A stretch of DNA of 64,000 nucleotides. Source: Octopus sinensis. Its lineage: Eukaryota. Below, in pieces: positions 1-13,736 of the stretch. The notes under the pieces were generated by a model. That model did no database searches. It was not told the origin of the DNA and saw nothing but the letters and a program-made list of their open reading frames with translations. Where the stretch lies: the NCBI RefSeq assembly GCF_006345805.1, contig NC_042997.1:54684001-54748000 (forward strand), given 5' to 3'. The translations under genes and the position numbers were made by a program. Numbering within the stretch: position 1 is the stretch's first letter; the number at the start of each line of letters is the position of its first letter.

Positions 1-793
1 CATTACACTGTTTATATTGAACTAAGCTTGAGTTGTAATTATATTCAAGAAAGAAAAAAAAGAATGAAACAAACAAACAAAGCATAAACTGATTTCATGA
101 GATAGTGTTCGTATGTTCTGTTAAAGAAATTCATTTTTCACATGAAAACCAATCCTAAATTAATAGAAAAAAAAGCAACTATTTTTCAAGCTAAAAAAAG
201 AGGCTTCTGTGTAGTCCCTTTTAAGCTGTTTAATGTAGCAAGTAATTTTTATGACTGCACACTCCATGGTCTTTAAAATGGATATAATATCTTAAAGTCT
301 TAAATCTTGGTACAGCCCATCTTTCTCACACTGCCAAGCCCGCTTCTGCAGTCATTCTTATATTTATTTATTTATTTGTGTGTGAATGTATGCATGTATA
401 ATATACTGTTTGTTGATTCAACAATGATGCCCTCCTTCATCTTCAGTTCTACCATGTCCCTTATGAGTTCATGATATATCACAAGACCAATACAAAAATG
501 TCAAATCTATAAACAAACTGGACATAGTAAAGAGCTACATAGTTGGTATTTAGTGACTGAATTTGGCAGTTATGATGAGTAACTCTTCCATTACATTTTG
601 CTTGGTGCATTCAGCTTAAAATTGTTATACAGTGTTGTAGGTAACTCTTTATCACACCTTTCAAGGAATTATGCAAGCAGGAAAGGTGCACTTCAATTGG
701 TCTTTACAGTGATTCTGAGGAGCACATGTGAAAAGAGAATTATGCTTGGCAGATGGGGTTGTCCATACAGATTACATGATCCATTAATATGGA

Positions 794-835
<42 letters not shown>

Positions 836-1704
836 CAGGGTGCGGTGCATAAACTGTCGTCTAAATTACACAAAAATGAAAACAACACTGACAGCTCATT
901 TTAACAGATATATTTACCAAAATTACATAAAAATATCTTGAAATTCTAAAGAGTAAATTTATTCAATAAAATTGCCACTGGCTTCAACCATGACCTCCAG
1001 ATGACTTTGGAATCTCCTGCAACTCTTCTGGACGGTATCCTTGCCTTCAATTCATCTCTCGTTTTACAGGGAGTTTTGTTGGTCTCTTGCTCAACTACGC
1101 CCCACACAATAATCAAAGGAGTTGCTGTCTGGGGAGTCAGGTGGCCAGATGTTAGGAGTGATGTGGTCACAGAAATTGTCTAACAGCCATGACTGGGTTC
1201 TCCTGCTTGTGTGACATGATGCAGAGTCCTGTTGTCAAACACAGGGTCTTCCAGCTGTCACCCTTTTGACCCAGGGCAGCACAACCTCCTCCAGGCACTT
1301 GCTGTAAGCCTCCATGTTGAGTCTGAGGCAGTGTGGGAAGATGAATGGAAGCAGAACGTCACCATCACTAGTGATTGCTCCAAACATCATGATGCTGACT
1401 GGATAGTTGATTTTTGTCACTCTGGGTACATGTCCGCAGATTGTACTGTTGACAGATTGACACCCAAGCACTCTGACATGTTCGTATTGGAGCTTCTGAC
1501 GCGAATGCTAAGCAATAAAGCATATCATTTCCAAATTTCTTGTATTTCCAAATTTCTGGAGCGAATTGCATCATAGTGCTGTCTTTTTTACAGATGGTGC
1601 CCAACAGATCCTACTATACTGTGTAGTCGACAAATTAAAAACAAAAAATACACATGCGCGAATTTAAAAGTATAAAATGGCAATAATTTACCCATTGCAC
1701 CCTA
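836..1704 (-). mobile_element. Tc1/mariner maT (DD37D) internally deleted transposon, C-terminal catalytic region
   Basis: Minus strand reads MMFGAITSDGDVLLPFIFPH...CLEEVVLPWVKRV, then *QQDSASCHTSRRTQSWLLDNFCDHITPNIWPPDSPDSNSFDY, with 37 residues between the 2nd and 3rd Asp (counted), then ETNKTPCKTRDELKARI. Ends are CAGGGTGC.../...GCACCCTA, flanked by TA inside (TA)n tracts; frameshifted. Confidence 0.9.
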
Positions 1705-1729
1705 TATATATATGTGCATATATAGAGCT

Positions 1730-1734
<5 letters not shown>

Positions 1735-1801
<67 letters not shown>

Positions 1802-1823
1802 TATATATATATATATATATATA

Positions 1824-1855
<32 letters not shown>

Positions 1856-1881
1856 CTAGATATGTATGTATATATGTATGT

Positions 1882-1923
<42 letters not shown>

Positions 1924-1940
1924 ACACACACACACACATG
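1735..1940. repeat. compound microsatellite (TG)n(TA)n(AG)n(TA)n(CA)n
   Basis: Directly visible dinucleotide runs. Confidence 0.95.
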
Positions 1941-2043
1941 CAGACAGACAGATGCTTACAGACAGAGAGCGGAGTTGAATGAGATTTTAATGTCAACCAT
2001 GTAAAATTCATTAGAAGTATTTTGTATTCATTTATTATTTTAG

Positions 2044-2083
2044 AAAATAATTATTTATGGGAAATGTCTATTAACTGTCAAAG
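2044..2083 (+). CDS. candidate 40-bp exon of unidentified host gene (KIIIYGKCLLTVK or NNYLWEMSINCQ)
   Basis: T-rich acceptor tattcatttattattttag and consensus donor AAG|gtaagt; two frames open; no homology recognised. Confidence 0.3.
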
Positions 2084-3499
2084 GTAAGTAATTCTAATGA
2101 AGTTAGCATCAAAGCATGTTATAGAAGACTTATGCATTGCTGCGATGGTTTGGAAAACTCGTGTTGTAAGATTGACTCCAAAGTAGGGAGGTTTTCACAA
2201 TGTGTTACATAAGTTAATTACAAACTTTTCATTTATGTGATTCATTTTATTACATCACTTGTGTTAAATATGCTTGCTTTTTCATGTTATGGAAACTTGG
2301 TCAATGCCACCAAGTTGCGCTTAAAACTTAATGATTTACAATATCATTGTTGCAAATGGTTATTTGGCTGGATTAACTTTCTATTTCATCCTTCATGGGT
2401 AGCGGGGGCATTATAAGGACTATTTGTGAGATAGTTATTTCATCAGGAGATAACTGGTATTGATTTAATTGCTTACATGCATTTAAGCTTGGTGTCTTAG
2501 GTGAAGAAACATTATCTATGGCTTTACCGTGAAAATTAGCTTCAGATATATTTGGATTTGTTTTAACTTAGCAAACGGACAGTTTTTGTAAAAAAAGTGC
2601 TACAGTTGATTGAAAGGACTTGAGAATGTCATTAGTTCTTATTTTATCAGGAAATCTTAGTTTGTATGTAACTTGAACAAAAACAGAAAATGAAACTAAA
2701 AACAAAAAAATATTTGGTCCACATTCTACTTTTTCTACCTACCTCTACTCTAAGCTTCAAATAATACTTGTTCTATAACATTTAAAATTCCACCAATGGA
2801 AAGCAGAAGGGTTGGAATTTAGCTGTTAAAAGCCAGCCAGAATTTCATAATATACATAGTTAAAAAGAAAAAAAAAAGTGATGTATTTTCTTTCTGTAAA
2901 AAAATAAATATCCACCAAAATCCATTTGCTGTTTATTCCCTACTTGTATCCACTAGTTGTTAGATATAACACTGATGAATCTAATAAGATCCAAGTTACT
3001 AGAGACGTTCTTAAGTTCTCTTCCCTAAAATAGTTATGGCTTGTTGATGCCAGTCTAAAAATAATCTTTCATCTTAATTATTTGTTTTCTTCAAAATGTT
3101 GTGTTTATTATTCTTTTAACAGAAAATCTAAATAAATAGAATTTAGTATAATTAAAGAAAAAGAAATAACACAGAAATGTTGTTTTCTTGAGATGTATAG
3201 CAAATTAATAGTTAAGGTATTAGATATATAATTTAATAACCAGTTTTAAACCCTGTACTGTACCCTTAAGCAAGGCACTATATTCTGTTTGCTTTAAACT
3301 TACCTAGCTGAAAATAGATACTATCAGTTAAAACTTACATGACTTGAATAATAGAAGATAGAGAGAGAAAATAAGATGAAAACTCTCAAGAGCATAAGTA
3401 ATAGAAATGCAATGCATAAGAACTAAAATGGTTTTATAAGCCCAGTTCACCTGGAGTTTATTTCCACTCCAGGGTAGCCACCTCTGCTACCATCATCAT

Positions 3500-3665
3500 A
3501 AATGTTCTCATCATCATCATTTAACATCCATTTTCCTTGCTGGCACAGCTTGGTTTGTTTGGCAAGATCTGATTAGTTGGAGGAGTTTGTCATGCTCCAA
3601 TCTTTGCCTTTGCATGGTTTCTATGGTTGGATGCCCTTCCTAGCACCAATGAGTTTATTGAGATA
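3500..3665 (-). mobile_element. degenerate RTE-type 3' tail with (GAT)n end
   Basis: catcatcatcatttaacatccattttcc...ggatgcccttcctagcacca matches the tail seen attached to RT-coding sequence at 9040-10340. Confidence 0.75.
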
Positions 3666-3689
3666 TACCAGATATGTTGAGCTTTATCG

Positions 3690-4640
3690 CGACTATCTCT
3701 AATGGACAAGCACTTTCTGTACCTTTATAGCTTTGATCACGTTAGCTAATGCACTGTTGTCAACTTGAATTGTCAGACTTTCTGTAGGTATGATGTAGCC
3801 CTTCTTTATCTCATGCACACACCACATTTCATAGCCTTCCACAATAGCACTTCCTTGTACTTTGTCTTCTACAGCAATGGTACACATGCTTTTATCATTG
3901 CAAATACACTTCTTTCCATAACATCTTGGTTCTCTCTATCACTGTCTTGAAATCCTGAACACTTCATGCCACTGACCTACATGTTGCAGAACATGTGCAA
4001 ATCTCTTCCTTTCTGCCTTTTCCTTATCTAAATATACTTGTTGCCTAGCTGCTGTTCTAGCTACTTGATAATGCTTTCTAATATCCGCTTCCTTCCAGGT
4101 CTTTGAAGCCTGTTCTTGGCTTTTACAGCCCTATTCACCATATCATTTTGTCACAACATTGCCTTTGGTTTGATTGGGGCTTTGCGCATCTGATCAGTAA
4201 CCCTAAGGAAATTATTTCTTTGGATTCCTAACTTTCAACTATGTTACGGATATCTAAATCCTTCTACAGTCATTCATGGCAATTAAAATTTCATTCAGCC
4301 TATAACCAACTGCAGGTTTTTTTAAGCTACCATTCCTTCCCTCTCCATATTAACTTGTTTTTTTTGTGACTACCTAACCCTAACTCTGAAGTATTACCTG
4401 TGTTAAGTAGTACATTCTCCACCAGGAAAAGTTTTGGTATTTACAAAGGTCTGTCTATCCTATTTCCTGGTGAGAATGAAATCTGTCTTGAGTACTTGCC
4501 AGATTGGTTGATGAGATGTTTGGTTGGTTTTTTGAAATGTATGTTGCAAATGTTTACATCAGTCGCATCTCAAAACTTCAGGTGCCTTAGATCCTCCTCA
4601 GTTCTCATATCATATTTCCTTGAATATCAAGAAAAACAAT
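3690..4640 (-). mobile_element. RTE-clade LINE remnant, AP-endonuclease end and linker
   Basis: Minus translation RTEEDLRHLKF*DATDVNICNIHFKKPTKHLI...FPGGECTT*HR and IQVDNS..VIKAIK resembles RTE endonuclease/linker; stops and frameshifts. Confidence 0.75.
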
Positions 4641-5189
4641 ATAGTGTTGACCGAGATGCCTATTAAAATCATTAATGTTTTTAAGTAAGTATTAAGTATT
4701 ATGATTTAATTCACACAGAGGATGCTTTATTGGAATTTTAATTGACCTGAGTACTTGACTAATATTTTAATTTATTAATCCTCAATGAAACACAATGCCT
4801 GTGAAGTTAAAAGCTAGATCTATTAACACACATGATCAGGATTTTATATGTTAATACTATGAGTTCATGTGAGTTACATAACTTCCTTGCTTCAGTTTTC
4901 TAAATGAGAAAGGTATTGGTTCTTTTACGGACAGTTGGTTAGCGATAAGAAAGATATCCAATTGTAAAACCAGTTGTTCAAACAAAATTTACCTTAGCTA
5001 TTCTAGTATGTAAGATCTGTGTGTAATAAGACCCCAGCCTATAAATACCTAATATTGGTTTATGAATTTGTTGCTGAGTAATTGAGTTCCTCCAGATTCT
5101 GTGTTCAAATTTTGGTTTGTTGATTGAATAAATTTCTTATCACAATACTTCATTATAAATTTAGTTTCTACTTTATACTGAGGGCGTAT

Positions 5190-6102
5190 TATAACACTCC
5201 CATACAGTGTTCAGTATTGTGAAGATGAGCTGTTCAACTTTTGTTTATATTTTATTTATTGTTATTATATCACTGTCTTTTGGATTGAACCTTGGTAAGT
5301 TGGTCTGACCAAACATATTGAGCACATGGAGAATGTTGTGATTTAGTTTTCCTCTTTTGCATATCACAAAGGTATATATATAAAATACATAGTGGGATCT
5401 GAACGCAAAGCATCCAGACAGTTAGTTGATACAAAAAAGGGACAGCAAAACATCCAGATAGACGATACAAAGAAAACAAGGACCAGTCATTTGAAGTTTT
5501 CTTTCCTCAGTTGAGTTCCAGATTATATTTGCAATTTTGGCTGGTTGTACTCAAGATTGCTCCAATCTGGCCAGCTCCAAGGAAAAACTAAGCTAAGAGC
5601 CTTAGATTCCTTGGAAGAAAGCAGCAAATATATACAAAAACAAGGACAGGAAAAAAACAGAGAATGTTACGCAAATACAAATAACAGGACATAACAGGTA
5701 TCTTTCAAGTAAGGATGAAGTAAATTAAGCTGGCATGTGTGGAAATAAAGCCTTATCGCAGGGCTACAGGATTTCACAGGTACAGGTAGGAATATAGAAG
5801 TTGCACAGATGACGGCTAAACCAAGAAAGAAAGATCAGGCTTGGCTGAACACCGGTCACGTGGGGAGAGAAGAGAGAGAGGTAGAGGTGGAGGGACAGAA
5901 GAAATAAGGAGGGGCATATATAGATTTCCCTTGGCGGGCTGGCCATATCGGAGCAATCTCAAGATTAATCAGCCGAAATTGCTAAGATGATCTGGTTCTT
6001 GACTGATGACTGAGGGCTTCGAATGTCCCGTCCTGTGGTTCTTGTGTCGTCTCTGTGGTGTTTCATGTTCTTGTCCATGTCTGTAATTATTTTTACTGTT
6101 TA

Positions 6103-6105
<3 letters not shown>
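5190..6105. mobile_element. non-autonomous repeat with internal ~55-bp inverted repeat
   Basis: 5529-5582 gcaattttggctgg...gattgctccaatctggccagctccaagg is the inverted counterpart of 5928-5982; GC-richer than flanks; no coding signal. Confidence 0.5.
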
Positions 6106-6141
<36 letters not shown>

Positions 6142-8335
6142 TTATATATATGTATGTATTTATATATATGTATGTATTTATATATATGTATGTATTTATA
6201 TATATGTATGTATTTATATATATATGTATGTATTTATATATATATGTATGTATTTATATATATATGTATGTATTTATATATATGTATGTATTTATATATA
6301 TGTATGTATTTATATATATGTATGTATTTATATATATGTATGTATTTATATATATGTATGTATTTATATATATGTATGTATTTATATATATGTATGTATT
6401 TATATATATGTATGTATTTATATGAATGTATGTATTATATGAATGTATGTATTATATGAATGTATGTATTATATGAATGTATGTATGTATATATATGTAT
6501 ATGTATGTATATATATGTATTTATATGAATGTATGTATATATATGTATTTATATATGAATGTATGTATTATATGTATTTATATGAATGTATGTATATATA
6601 TGTATTATATGAATGTATGTATATATATGTATTTATATGAATGTATGTATATATATGTATATATATGTATGTATATATATATTATTTATATGAATGTATG
6701 TATATATATGATTTATATGAATGTATGTATATATATGTATTTATATGATGTATGTATATATATGTATTTATATGAATGTATGTATATATATGTATTTATA
6801 TGAAGTATGTATATATATATGTATGTATTTATATGAAGTATGTATATATATGTATTTATATGAATGTATGTATGTATATATTGTATTTATATGAAGTATG
6901 TATATATATGTATTTATATATGAATGTATGTATATATATTATTTATATGAATGTATGTATATATATGTATTTATTGAATGTATGTATATATATGTATTTA
7001 TTGAATGTATGTATATATATGTATTATATGAATGTATGTATGTATATATTGTATTTATATGAATGTATGTATGTATATATATGTATTTATATGAATGTAT
7101 GTATATATATGTATTTATATGAATGTATGTATATATATGTATTTATATGAATGTATGTATATATATGTATTTATATGAATGTATGTATATATATGTATTT
7201 ATATGAATGTATGTATATATATGTATTTATATGAATGTATGTATATATATGTATATATATGTATATATGTATTTATATATGTATGTATTATATGAATATA
7301 GGTATATATATGTATATATATGTATTATATGAATATAGGTATATATATGTATATATGAATGTATGTTATATATGTATTTATAGAATATATGTATATATAT
7401 GTATTTATATGAATATATGTATATATATGTATTTATATGAATATATGTATATATATGTATATATATGTATATATGTATTATATATATGTATTTATATGAA
7501 GTATGTATATATATGATTTATATGAATATATGTATATATATGTATATATATGTATGTATATATATATTTATATGAATATAGGTATATATATGTATATATA
7601 TGTATATATATGTATATATATGTATTTATATGAATATAGGTATATATATGTATTTATATGAATATAGGTATATATATGTATTTATATGAATATAGGTATA
7701 TATATGTATTTATATGAATATAGGTATATATATGTATTTATATGAATGTATGTATATATATGATTTATATGAATATAGGTATACATATATATATGTATTT
7801 ATATGAATATAGGTATACATATATATATGTATTTATATGAATATAGGTATACATATATATATTATTTATATGAATATAGGTATACATATATATATGTATT
7901 TATATGAATATAGGTATACATATATATGTATTTATATGAATATAGGTATACATATATATATGTATTTATATGAATATAGGTATACATATATATAATGTAT
8001 TTATATGAATATAGGTATACATATATATATGTATTTATGAATATAGGTATACATATATATATGTATTTATATGAATATAGGTATACATATATATATGTAT
8101 TTATATGAATATAGGTATACATATATATATGTATTTATATGAATATAGGTATACATATATATATGTATTTATATGAATATAGGTATACATATATATATGT
8201 ATTTATATGAATATAGGTATACATATATATATGTATTTATATGAATATAGGTATACATATATATATGTATTTATATGAATATAGGTATACATGTCTATAT
8301 ATATATGTGTGTGTTTGTGTATATATATATGTATA
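6106..8335. repeat. 2.2-kb AT-rich satellite with changing unit (about 18, 28, then 34 bp)
   Basis: Units TATGTATGTATTTATATA (6130-6420), GAATGTATGTATATATATGTATTTATAT (~7.0-7.2 kb), GAATATAGGTATACATATATATATGTATTTATAT (~7.8-8.3 kb). Confidence 0.95.
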
Positions 8336-9040
8336 CTCAAGTTAGGGTTAACGTATCAGCAAAACAATGTAAGTTACAATTTATAAAAGGAAGCACTGTT
8401 TTGCTGTAATGCCTCTATATTTTGGCAGTATCCTAGAAGCTTTTATATATATTTTTTCTAGTTTTAAATAGTTCCCCTCAGTATTAGTATACAGCTATGT
8501 TCTACTTTGAGTCATTGCTTGGTTATTTTTGCTGGTTTATTTATGTTGAAAATGTATCTACATTTTATTTTTTTCATGTACATCTACCTTGGTAGAAGTG
8601 CTAGCTTTCTTAATTCATGCCAGACATCCTGCTCTTGCCAGTGTTGCAAATTTATGTGCTAAGGAAAATATTTGCAATTAACATCCCCCAGTATACCTGA
8701 ACTTAGAAAATTTTCCTGACTCTTTCTACTTCTTATCCAGTATCATTTTACTTCTGTCCTGAGCCCATTTTATGCTTACTTAGAAAATCCATTTCAGTTG
8801 GATTTCTACTTTTGACTTTAGACTCTCCTTTTAGCACAACTTGCACGAGTAGTGTTTTGTTTCAGTCATTGAATATGTGTACATAACTTCCACACTTTAA
8901 ATCTATAATTTAAAGCCTTTCATTTTTGCTTTATTTAATAATTCAAATTATATGTTTGTTTTATATCCCCCATTGTACCTGAACTTAGAAAATTTTCTCG
9001 ACTCTTTCTACTTCTTATCCAATATATTATCATTTTACTT

Positions 9041-10340
9041 CATTATCATCATCATTATCATCATCTGCTTTCCATGCTGGTGTGGGTTGGACAGTTTGAC
9101 TGAAAACTAGTGAGCTGGGAGGGGGGGTGCACCAGGTTCCAGTCTGATTTGGCTAGGTTTCTATGGCTGGATGCCCTTACTAACGCCAACCACTCTGAGA
9201 ATGTAGTGGATATTTTTTACATGCTACTGGCACTGACCATGATTATGGTATCACTTGACTTGACAGGTCAACACAAGTGTGGTATATTGTCAAGGTTCTT
9301 GGTCACCTGTCACTGTCTCCATGAGGCTCAACGCTTAAATGGTGCTTTTTACATGCCAGTCAGACGGCACTGGCATTGGCCATGACTATGATCTCACTTG
9401 GTTCAACAGGTTTTCACAAGCACAGCATATCGCCCAATGATTGAAGGGTGTTTTTAAACCAGTTATGCAACACTGGCATCAGCCGTGACTACGATCTCAC
9501 TTGGCTTGCCAGGTGTTTTCAAGCACAGCATATCACCAAAGGTCTTGGTTGCTTGCCATTGCCTCCACTGGGCCCAACATTCAAAGATTGTGCTTTACCA
9601 CCTCATTCCATGTCTTTCTGGGTCTTCCTCTTCCACAAGTTTCCTCCACCGTTAGAATGCAACACTTCTTCACACAGCTGTCCTCATCCATATGTATTAC
9701 ATGATCATACAAGTGCAGTCATCCCTCTTGCACACTACATCTGATGCATCTTATGTCTAACTTTTCTCTCAGGATGTTTAGACTGTTGTGCATGCACACT
9801 GACATTACACATCCAGCGGAGCATACCAGCTTCATTTTTTACAAAACTATGTATGTCCTCAGCAGTCATGGCCCTTCTTTCACTGTCGTGTAGCATGGCC
9901 ATTTGCACACAGGCATCATACAGTCTGCCTTTCACTCTGAGTGAGAGGCCCTTCATTATCAGCAGACGTAGGAGCTCTCTGAACTTTGCCTAGCTTATTC
10001 TTATTCTAGCAGCTATACTCTTAGAGCATCCACCCTTGCTACTGACTTGGTCACCTAGGTAATGGAAGCTATCAACTACTTCTAATTTTCCCTCCTGGCA
10101 TGTGATGGAATCTGTTTCCTGTATATTTTTGGTGTTTATTGCACATGTGCACCTTCCACACATAAAAACTATCTTCCCTGTTACCTATCTTCGTCTGACA
10201 TTGCTGCACCTCTTATGTGTCCATACCTTACACTGGGTACATCATATGGAGTTTCTACTTATGCCTTTTCTACAAATTGAGCAGGGCCATCTATCTGAAA
10301 GGATTTGTAATTTGTCTGCTTTTCTTTCCATGGATAAACC
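9041..10340 (-). mobile_element. RTE-clade LINE, 5'-truncated: RT C-terminus, 3' UTR and (GAT)n tail
   Basis: Minus reads EVVDSFHYLGDQV...KGLSLRVKGRLYDACVQMAMLHDSE...NEAGMLRWMCNVSVH, typical of the RTE RT C-terminus; 3' UTR has an internal duplication (9370-9590); tail catcatcatc at 9041-9065. Confidence 0.9.
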
Positions 10341-10544
10341 CAATCTTGCTTCTTAAATTTAAAAAATTTCTTCTGTGATACACGATCCCTTTTGATTGCC
10401 CCCCCCCCCAATCCCTTTTGATTAGAATTTTACTTTTTTTTCTCTTTCTTTTTCATTTTTATTTTTCATTTTCTAAAAGAAAAGCTCTACTTTTGTATTT
10501 GTCCTCTCTGTGTTCAGCCCTGTGTGGCCAATAAAGTTATCTGT

Positions 10545-11170
10545 ATCTACATAGCTATTTATATATATCTATCTTTATCTATGTATCTATTTATATCTAT
10601 CTATATTTATGTATCTATTTATATCTATCTATCCATATCTACGTATCTATTTATATCTATCTATCTATATCTACGTATCTATTTATATATATCTCTATAT
10701 ATAAAATCTATCTATATCTATGTATCTATTTATATCGATCTATCTATATCTATGTATATATTTATATCTATCTATCTATATCTCCGTATCTATTTATATC
10801 TATCTATCTATATCTACGTATCTATTTATATCTATCTATCCATATCTACATATTTATTTATATCTATCTATCCATATCTACATATTTATTTATATCTATC
10901 TATCTATATCTATGTATCTATTTATATCGATCTATCTATATCTATGTATCTATTTATATCTATCTATCTATATCTACATATCTATTTATATCTATCTATC
11001 TATATCTACGTATCTATTTATATCTATCTATCCATATCTACATATTTATTTATATCTATCTATCTATATCTATGTATCTATTTATATCTATCTATCTGTA
11101 TCTACGTATATATTTATAACTGTCTCTCTGTCTGTTTCTGTCTATGTCTGTCTGTCTATGTCTGTCTAAT
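10545..11170. repeat. (CTAT)-derived minisatellite
   Basis: Repeating tatctatctatatctacgtatctatttata-like units. Confidence 0.95.
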
Positions 11171-12269
11171 GAATTGGCAGGTATGGAAAGATGAAGCTAA
11201 ATAGCAATATTATATTTTTTTGTTTTGAGCAAAACTGCTTTTGAGATCAATTCTGTCTTTCTTGCCATATGAGGTAATTTTCCAACCTAGACACATGACC
11301 ACAACTTTTGGAAGATAGTTGTTAATGAAATCACTCCCAGTGCTTTACTGTTACTGTAATATAATAATACAGTTTATAAAATAGCATTGATTCTCTTGAC
11401 CTCACCTGCTTCTCTTCTTATCAAAATTAAGCTGTCTTATTGGAATATGGAAAATATATGTAATATATATATATATATATCTTTTAATATATATTTGTAT
11501 TATAAAAAATATATGGGAAAAACATGCAGAGTTTCCATAAGTGTATAGTTGTACAGGTGTGACCTTTGGACCATTACATTTTACATTTGCCAGCCAAATT
11601 AATGCAAAATAATTTTTAATATTTGACCTTTGCTATATATTCTTCCCTGTTATATATTTCATTATATTTTGCGCTTCATTTTTCTTTTCATTTGCCGTGT
11701 AGCTGAAGATGTTATATAACTGTTGTTGCCTCACTGGCTAGTTAGGTAATTCCCAATTCCTACATGTACAAAGATGTAACTGGGGAAAAAAATATTAATG
11801 CAAAATAACATTTTGTATGAGTTTAAAACCCTACATTCCAAATTGGAGAATATTATAACTAATGTTTGATAACAACTAAAAATTCTAAAATAAATGAATT
11901 CTGTTTTTGTGTACATGTCAAAATGCAGATTTCATGTGTGTACATTTGTGTTTGCACAGGATTTTAAACTGTTTTCTCTTTTTGAATCTTCAGTAAAATT
12001 TTTTTTCAGGTTATATGTCTTTTTGTGTGTGTCACTGGAATGATTTCATGTCAGAGATACTAGGATGATACTGTAGTGCTCACTAAAATTTAGTGAATTT
12101 TTTTTACTCTTCCCCATCACATATATGTGGGCAGCATGCATGTGTAGAGATATGTATATGTGTATATCATTGTGTGTGTGTGTGTGTGTGTGTGTACATA
12201 TAGATATATAAATACTGCTAGACATATAATTACAGATATCTAGAATATATATGTTTGTGTTTCTTCAAC

Positions 12270-12900
12270 TGGGCTTGACTGCGCCAATCTCAAAGGATGA
12301 TATCAGGTCTTGTGTATCACACAGTTGGTAAGTTGTAAGGACTAGATCAGCAGCATAATATGTTTTTCAATGCAGAGAATGACTACATGACCAATGAGGA
12401 TGAAAGTCATCTGTCACCAATGATGGCAAACAACTCAAGTAGGTTAGTGACTTGAAGTACCTTGGGTTGTATGTTACTGACAATAAGAAAGACTTCCTGA
12501 CAAATAAAGAATGAATCTGGAGTGTCTTGTAACAAGGTTCACAACCTTTGGCAATCAAGTATTTCTAAGTCAATAAAGATTGACTTCTTCAGGATGTGTG
12601 TAGATAGCATTCTCCTCTATGTAGCCAAAACCTGAACTTTGATGAAAATTGCATTGATGGTACATACACCAGGCTTCTCATGAGAGCTCAAAGCATTTCA
12701 TAGTATGAGGATAGAGCTAAAAAGATTTATGGGCACATTTTGTCCATCTCTAATATTGTTGTTCAGCATAAAGTCAGCTTTGCTGGCAACTGCTATCAGG
12801 CCATATGAGATGTTATATTTAGAGACTTCTGCACTCTGATGTTATTGGTAGAGGCCCACATGAAATTAAGGACTCATCAAAGGCAAATGAAGACGGAAAG
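12270..12900 (+). mobile_element. RTE/RTE-X-like LINE RT C-terminal remnant (second family)
   Basis: Plus reads DLKYLGLYVTDNKKDFLT...IKIDFFRMCVDSILLYVAKT*TL...IDGTYTRLLMRAQSIS. Confidence 0.8.
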
Positions 12901-13254
12901 TTCTAGCATGACATGGTGAAATGTATCTTGGTAGTAGTCACCTGAAGAAGTTACCTGAAAGATTGCCTCTGGATAGCTATGAAGTGAATCACTAGCCTTG
13001 AACAAATACTCCACAACTTTTACTGAGTACTCTTTTATTTTTAAAATTAAAATTATGTGTGTGTATAGAATGGAAAGAGGTTGCTCTTTCACAGGGATGT
13101 ATTTTATCCAAGCGTACACCGATTTAGCTCCACATTGATTAATATACTTGGAATTCATTAATTTGTATTAGTATTAATGTTAACACTCTTGAAGTTCCAG
13201 TAGTTGTTATAGAAGTTTTCATCTATTCGATATAGGAGAACAGAATTTTAATGA

Positions 13255-13736
13255 TATAATATAAAGAAAATGGAGAGTTTAAACACAGAAAAAAAATTGA
13301 TTTATTTATGTAATAGTCAATTTCATATCGCCTACGTACGTTTCAATTGCTTACCTTCATTCATATTTTGCAATTAAGATTGTATTATGCATTTAAAAGG
13401 TAAAAATCTCATCAGGGCAAAATTTGACAAAAATTCATCCCCATCCTAATGGATGGAGAGTTGCAACACTCTATCCATTATGATGGGGATGAAATTTTGT
13501 CAATTTTTGCCCTGATAAGATTTTTACCAACTCTCCAACTATTAGGATGGGGATGAGTTTTTGTCACTTTTTGCCCTGATGAGATTTTTACCTTTTAAAT
13601 GCATAATGCAATCTTAATTGCAAAATATGAATGAAGGTAAGAAATTGAAGCATATGAAAGTAATATGAAATTGACTATTACACCGATAAATTGATTTTTT
13701 TTCCGTGTTCAAACTCTCCATTTTCCTTATATTATA
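13255..13736. mobile_element. fold-back MITE, near-complete palindrome
   Basis: Arms 13255-13448 and 13545-13736 are inverted copies (tataatataaagaaaatggagagtttaaacac... / ...gtgttcaaactctccattttccttatattata); extra internal copy of ggatggggatga...gatttttacc; TA-rich ends. Confidence 0.9.

Noticed and set aside
3296-3320. 4-nt minus micro-exon (ttttcag|CTAG|gtaagt)
   Set aside because: Good consensus sites but no supporting context; expected by chance in 64 kb.
6023-8122. Long ORFs of 90-140 aa ([12 protein letters not shown] repeats)
   Set aside because: Translations of TA/TG satellites, which lack stop codons in several frames. The same applies to the ORFs at 10524, 27371, 34410-35812, 36436-37446 and 38759-39312.
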